39,380 nucleotides of DNA from contig CAUQOP010000001.1 of assembly GCA_963519505.1 (NCBI GenBank), forward strand, positions 1-39,380. Reading direction: 5' to 3'. Shown here one piece after another: positions 36,344 to 39,380 of the stretch. A model generated the notes under the pieces. That model did no database searches, had not been told where the DNA came from, and worked only from the letters and a program-made list of their open reading frames with translations. Both the position numbers and the translations under genes were made by a program. This stretch comes from an uncultured Flavobacteriaceae bacterium (GTDB taxonomy: Bacteria; Bacteroidota; Bacteroidia; Flavobacteriales; Weeksellaceae). Numbering within the stretch: position 1 is the first letter of the stretch; each line of letters opens with the position of its first letter.

Positions 36344-38173
36344 ATGAGCAGAACAAGGATTGTAAAAGGTAAAATAACCGAACGCGTAAAAGGAGATATT
36401 TCTATTTACTCTGCGAGTAATATAATAGAAACTTCGCTGCAGAGTATCGTAGAAACAGGAAAAGAAAAAGGAATTAGTTTTGGGCAGCCATCAAAACCGA
36501 CTGAGTATCAACCAGAAAACACTATAATTCTCTACATAGGAATGTTTTTTGACGGAACAGGGAATAATCGTTTTAATTCTGAAAGTCTGTATTACACGAA
36601 AGTAAAAGGAAATAATGATAGAATAAAATCATCTGAAATTCCCACTCAGTTGTCTTTTACTCTCACACCAGAAAAGATAAAGGAGAAAGATATTAGTAAA
36701 ATAAATATTTCGAATAGAGACAGCTATTGGAACCCCTACTCCAACATTGTAAAACTCCATGACTTATACAAAGAAAAGAGTGAAGCAAAAGGGAAAACTC
36801 ATATTATCAAACAATATGTTGAGGGCATAGGTACTGAAAAGTACAAGGAAGACAGTGTTGGTGGTTCAAGTATAGGAAGGGGAGATACAGGAATTATAGC
36901 GAAGGTAGAAAGAGGAATCAAAGATTTAGTAAGAGAAAAAATCGCTACTCTTCCCAAAGACAAAAAGATTTATAAAATCGTATTTGATGTTTTTGGGTTC
37001 AGCAGAGGAGCAGCGGCAGCCAGACATTTTTGTAATGAGGTAAAAAAACCAGCCTATTATGTAACAAGAACCAAACGGGACCCTTATGACAAATATGACA
37101 GAAATGCAAGAATACTTACGGACGAAAAAGATCTAGTGAAGCATGCAGGTGGAATTTTGGGAACGGAACTAAATAAAATAGGCCTTAAACCCTACGAAGA
37201 GACCTATAACAATATAGAAATAAGATTTTTAGGATTATTTGATACGGTAGTTTCGGATTTAGTAGTGAAAGAAAATTTAGGTTATATAGCTACTCTTTTT
37301 ACTACTAAACCATGGATACCTATCATAGCACAGGAGTATTTAGAAGACATTAAAACCAATATATCAGGTTTAGGAATAAAAAAAGTCTTCCAAATAAGAG
37401 CAAATGATGAGTGGCGGGCGAACTTTGCCTATACTCCTACAGAGGATGGCTACACACTATATATGCTGGGAGCTCATTCTGATATAGGCGGAGGCTATGC
37501 GGAGCTGGATAAGTATACTTCTATACTAGGTTTTTTCGATGCTACAAAGGGCGGTGAGGAAATCTTTAAACAGCAAGAAAAAATCCGAAAATATTTCATA
37601 GATAATAATTACTGTAAGGAAAATGAGATATGGTTTGAGAAGATCTATGAGCATACTTCAGGTTTCGCTATAGAGTCTTCCCCTACGGAGACCACCACCA
37701 TTTATAAAAAGAAGATTTCTGATCATTATATCCTGAAAACTTCCCGCTATATTTCTAACAAATACAGCCTTGTGCCAATGTATGTCATGCTCCAAAAAGC
37801 CATTGATTATGGAGTGCCTTTTTATAAAGATTATAATGAGGCAAAAAAAGGAGGTAATAGGATCGACTACCCTTTTGAATATGAAATCCCAGATACAGAG
37901 GAGTTTGAAATGCTGAGAGAGTATTTAAAGAAAATGTTAGATGTAAGCAAAGATGAGAGTAAGAAGAGCTACAGTCTTTCATCACCAGAAATGTTTAAAC
38001 ATATACGCAATCGTTATGTGCATTTGTCCTCGCATTATGCAGGGCTTGACACTTTAGGGCATAAAGATGGCGACCACCATTTTTCAGGAGATTTATTATT
38101 TATTAACCGACCTGTAAAATACAAAGAAGATGAAAATGGAAAGATTTTTTATGAAAGGGAAATTTATAAGTAG
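36344..38173 (+). CDS. DUF2235 alpha/beta-hydrolase T6SS effector (Tle1-like phospholipase), VgrG-linked
   Basis: The hallmarks are FFDGTGNN, FGFSRGAAAARHF, GLFDTVVSD and LGAHSDIGGGY. It starts 2 nt after the vgrG stop. Confidence 0.85.
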   Translation: MSRTRIVKGKITERVKGDISIYSASNIIETSLQSIVETGKEKGISFGQPSKPTEYQPENTIILYIGMFFDGTGNNRFNSESLYYTKVKGNNDRIKSSEIPTQLSFTLTPEKIKEKDISKINISNRDSYWNPYSNIVKLHDLYKEKSEAKGKTHIIKQYVEGIGTEKYKEDSVGGSSIGRGDTGIIAKVERGIKDLVREKIATLPKDKKIYKIVFDVFGFSRGAAAARHFCNEVKKPAYYVTRTKRDPYDKYDRNARILTDEKDLVKHAGGILGTELNKIGLKPYEETYNNIEIRFLGLFDTVVSDLVVKENLGYIATLFTTKPWIPIIAQEYLEDIKTNISGLGIKKVFQIRANDEWRANFAYTPTEDGYTLYMLGAHSDIGGGYAELDKYTSILGFFDATKGGEEIFKQQEKIRKYFIDNNYCKENEIWFEKIYEHTSGFAIESSPTETTTIYKKKISDHYILKTSRYISNKYSLVPMYVMLQKAIDYGVPFYKDYNEAKKGGNRIDYPFEYEIPDTEEFEMLREYLKKMLDVSKDESKKSYSLSSPEMFKHIRNRYVHLSSHYAGLDTLGHKDGDHHFSGDLLFINRPVKYKEDENGKIFYEREIYK

Positions 38174-39296
38174 CATATTGGTGCTGATGGTGCTGGCAGG
38201 CTGCAGCCCCAAAGATAAATATGAATGGAATGCAGGAATGTCTGCACCTAAATATTACGGGAATGGAGGTCCAATGGTAGAGTATTTTTATAAGGGTAAA
38301 AGTGTAGCAGGGGCTTCCGCTAATATAGGATTTGATCCAGGCTGGGGAGTGACAGCAGGAGGCTACTCTGGAGGAGAACAATACAAGGATATCCCCGATA
38401 GTGTGGCGGTTCGTTGGGTCTGCGCTATAGACAGAATAGAATATAGAGGTGGAGCACGGCTTCCGAGGGAGCATATGCTCGAGCTTTTTAAAAATGGGTT
38501 CAAGACAGTCTACGGCATGAAAACCACCTACACCTCTATAGTAGCAGGAATGGCTCCTGGGGGAAATGCTACCATATGGCTGCGTGGCTCCGAAAGACTT
38601 ACAGAAATTATCAGGTTCAAAGCAGAGAATAATGGAATATGGATGGAACATGATGAAGATTATAACAAATATGAAAGAGAAACTATTACTTCAAAAGAAT
38701 ATATAAATTCTGAATTTAATATATTTCGGTATCTTCATGGTGTGCCCTATGATGTTTGGGAAAAAGGAGACAAGGAATATGACTATGATATAGGTTTCAG
38801 CAGCGAGGAAAAAGATGTAACACCTTATATGGTTTTTTACACCAAAGACGGCACATGGTATCAGCCGAGCAAGGGAGATTTGGCATTTCAGTCTATTGAT
38901 TGGCAGGAATGGGGTAAATTTGAGTATAAAGAAAATAACAATCTTATTAAAAATCTGAAACTTCCTGTTCAGATTCATTTTTTATTTGAGTATAAAGGAG
39001 GAAATTATAGTACAGGAATAATTCTTCCCCAAGATTTCAAGAAATATTTTGAAAACCAAGCCAATAACAGAATAACGATAGGGGTGGAAAAGAATTTAGA
39101 GACAGGTATTTTATGGGTATCGGGAAAGAAAGGCTCTCAAAAAGTAATGAGGTTTAAAGTATTTAAAGCCAAGGAAGATGACATGGGAGATTTTTATCCA
39201 GGAGGTTATTCCTTTCCTAAAGGATTTAAAATTCCCAAGTGGAACGGAAGAACTCCTATCGCCACACCAGAGTTTGACTACTGGCAGGAGGAGTAG
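38130..39296 (+). CDS. Lipoprotein, DUF2931-like immunity protein, paralogue B
   Basis: 388 aa. The likely start is nt 38151 (MKGKFISSILVLMVLAGC). Its 5' end overlaps the effector's last codons. It is a close paralogue of ORF 8..1168. Confidence 0.62.
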   Translation: MKMERFFMKGKFISSILVLMVLAGCSPKDKYEWNAGMSAPKYYGNGGPMVEYFYKGKSVAGASANIGFDPGWGVTAGGYSGGEQYKDIPDSVAVRWVCAIDRIEYRGGARLPREHMLELFKNGFKTVYGMKTTYTSIVAGMAPGGNATIWLRGSERLTEIIRFKAENNGIWMEHDEDYNKYERETITSKEYINSEFNIFRYLHGVPYDVWEKGDKEYDYDIGFSSEEKDVTPYMVFYTKDGTWYQPSKGDLAFQSIDWQEWGKFEYKENNNLIKNLKLPVQIHFLFEYKGGNYSTGIILPQDFKKYFENQANNRITIGVEKNLETGILWVSGKKGSQKVMRFKVFKAKEDDMGDFYPGGYSFPKGFKIPKWNGRTPIATPEFDYWQEE

Positions 39297-39305
39297 GGTG
39301 TATTG

Positions 39306-39376
39306 TTAACCGACCTGTAAAATACAAAGAAGATGAAAATGGAAAGATTTTTTATGAAAGGGAAATTTATAAGTAG
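39306..39376 (+). pseudogene. Duplicated remnant of the last about 23 codons of effector 36344..38173
   Basis: 39306-39380 is identical to 38103-38177. It encodes ..NRPVKYKEDENGKIFYEREIYK* without the rest of the gene. Confidence 0.65.
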
Positions 39377-39380
39377 CATA
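39333..39380 (+). CDS. 5' end of a further immunity-gene copy running off the window (the same gene as 8..1168 if the molecule is circular)
   Basis: MKMERFFMKGKFISSI.. is identical to nt 8-55. Confidence 0.6.
   Translation, partial: MKMERFFMKGKFISSI

Noticed and set aside
1-39380. Search for tRNA, rRNA, tmRNA, CRISPR-cas, transposase/IS ends, relaxase or conjugation genes
   Set aside because: Nothing recognisable was found by eye. The only recombinase is the serine recombinase at 26417..26992. A covariance-model scan would still be needed to exclude small RNAs.

Overview
This is an AT-rich window with Bacteroidota/Flavobacteriia-style coding. Almost all of it is one Bacteroidota-type type VI secretion locus (T6SS-iii). 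The structural genes present are tssB, tssC, tssF, candidate tssG and tssN, clpV/tssH, tssK, candidate tssO, tssE, three hcp/tssD paralogues, vgrG and a DUF4280 PAAR-like gene. The locus carries two full-length DUF2235 (Tle1-like) lipase effectors, one effector C-terminal remnant, and four paralogous lipoprotein immunity genes, with the start of a further copy at the window edge. Two non-T6SS segments interrupt it. The first (about 5.3-8.9 kb) is a plasmid-type maintenance module: a Rep-like gene, ten iterons next to a very AT-rich stretch, and ParA with two small downstream genes. The second (about 22.1-29.1 kb) is a very AT-rich accessory island, entirely on the minus strand. It holds a serine recombinase, a duplicated remnant of that recombinase's 3' end, a PHP-domain/SMC-like ATPase (resembling the Ppl single-gene defence of Gao et al. 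2020), and two AAA+ ATPases with nuclease-like C-termini (DUF4143-type and DUF234-type). The first 55 nt of the window are identical to the last 55 nt. Together with the Rep/iteron/ParA module and the absence of any housekeeping, tRNA or rRNA gene, this suggests a closed circular replicon of about 39,325 bp, i.e. a small plasmid whose cargo is a whole T6SS-iii. The same 55-mer also occurs internally, so circularity must be verified. All family assignments come from reading motifs by eye; no searches were run.
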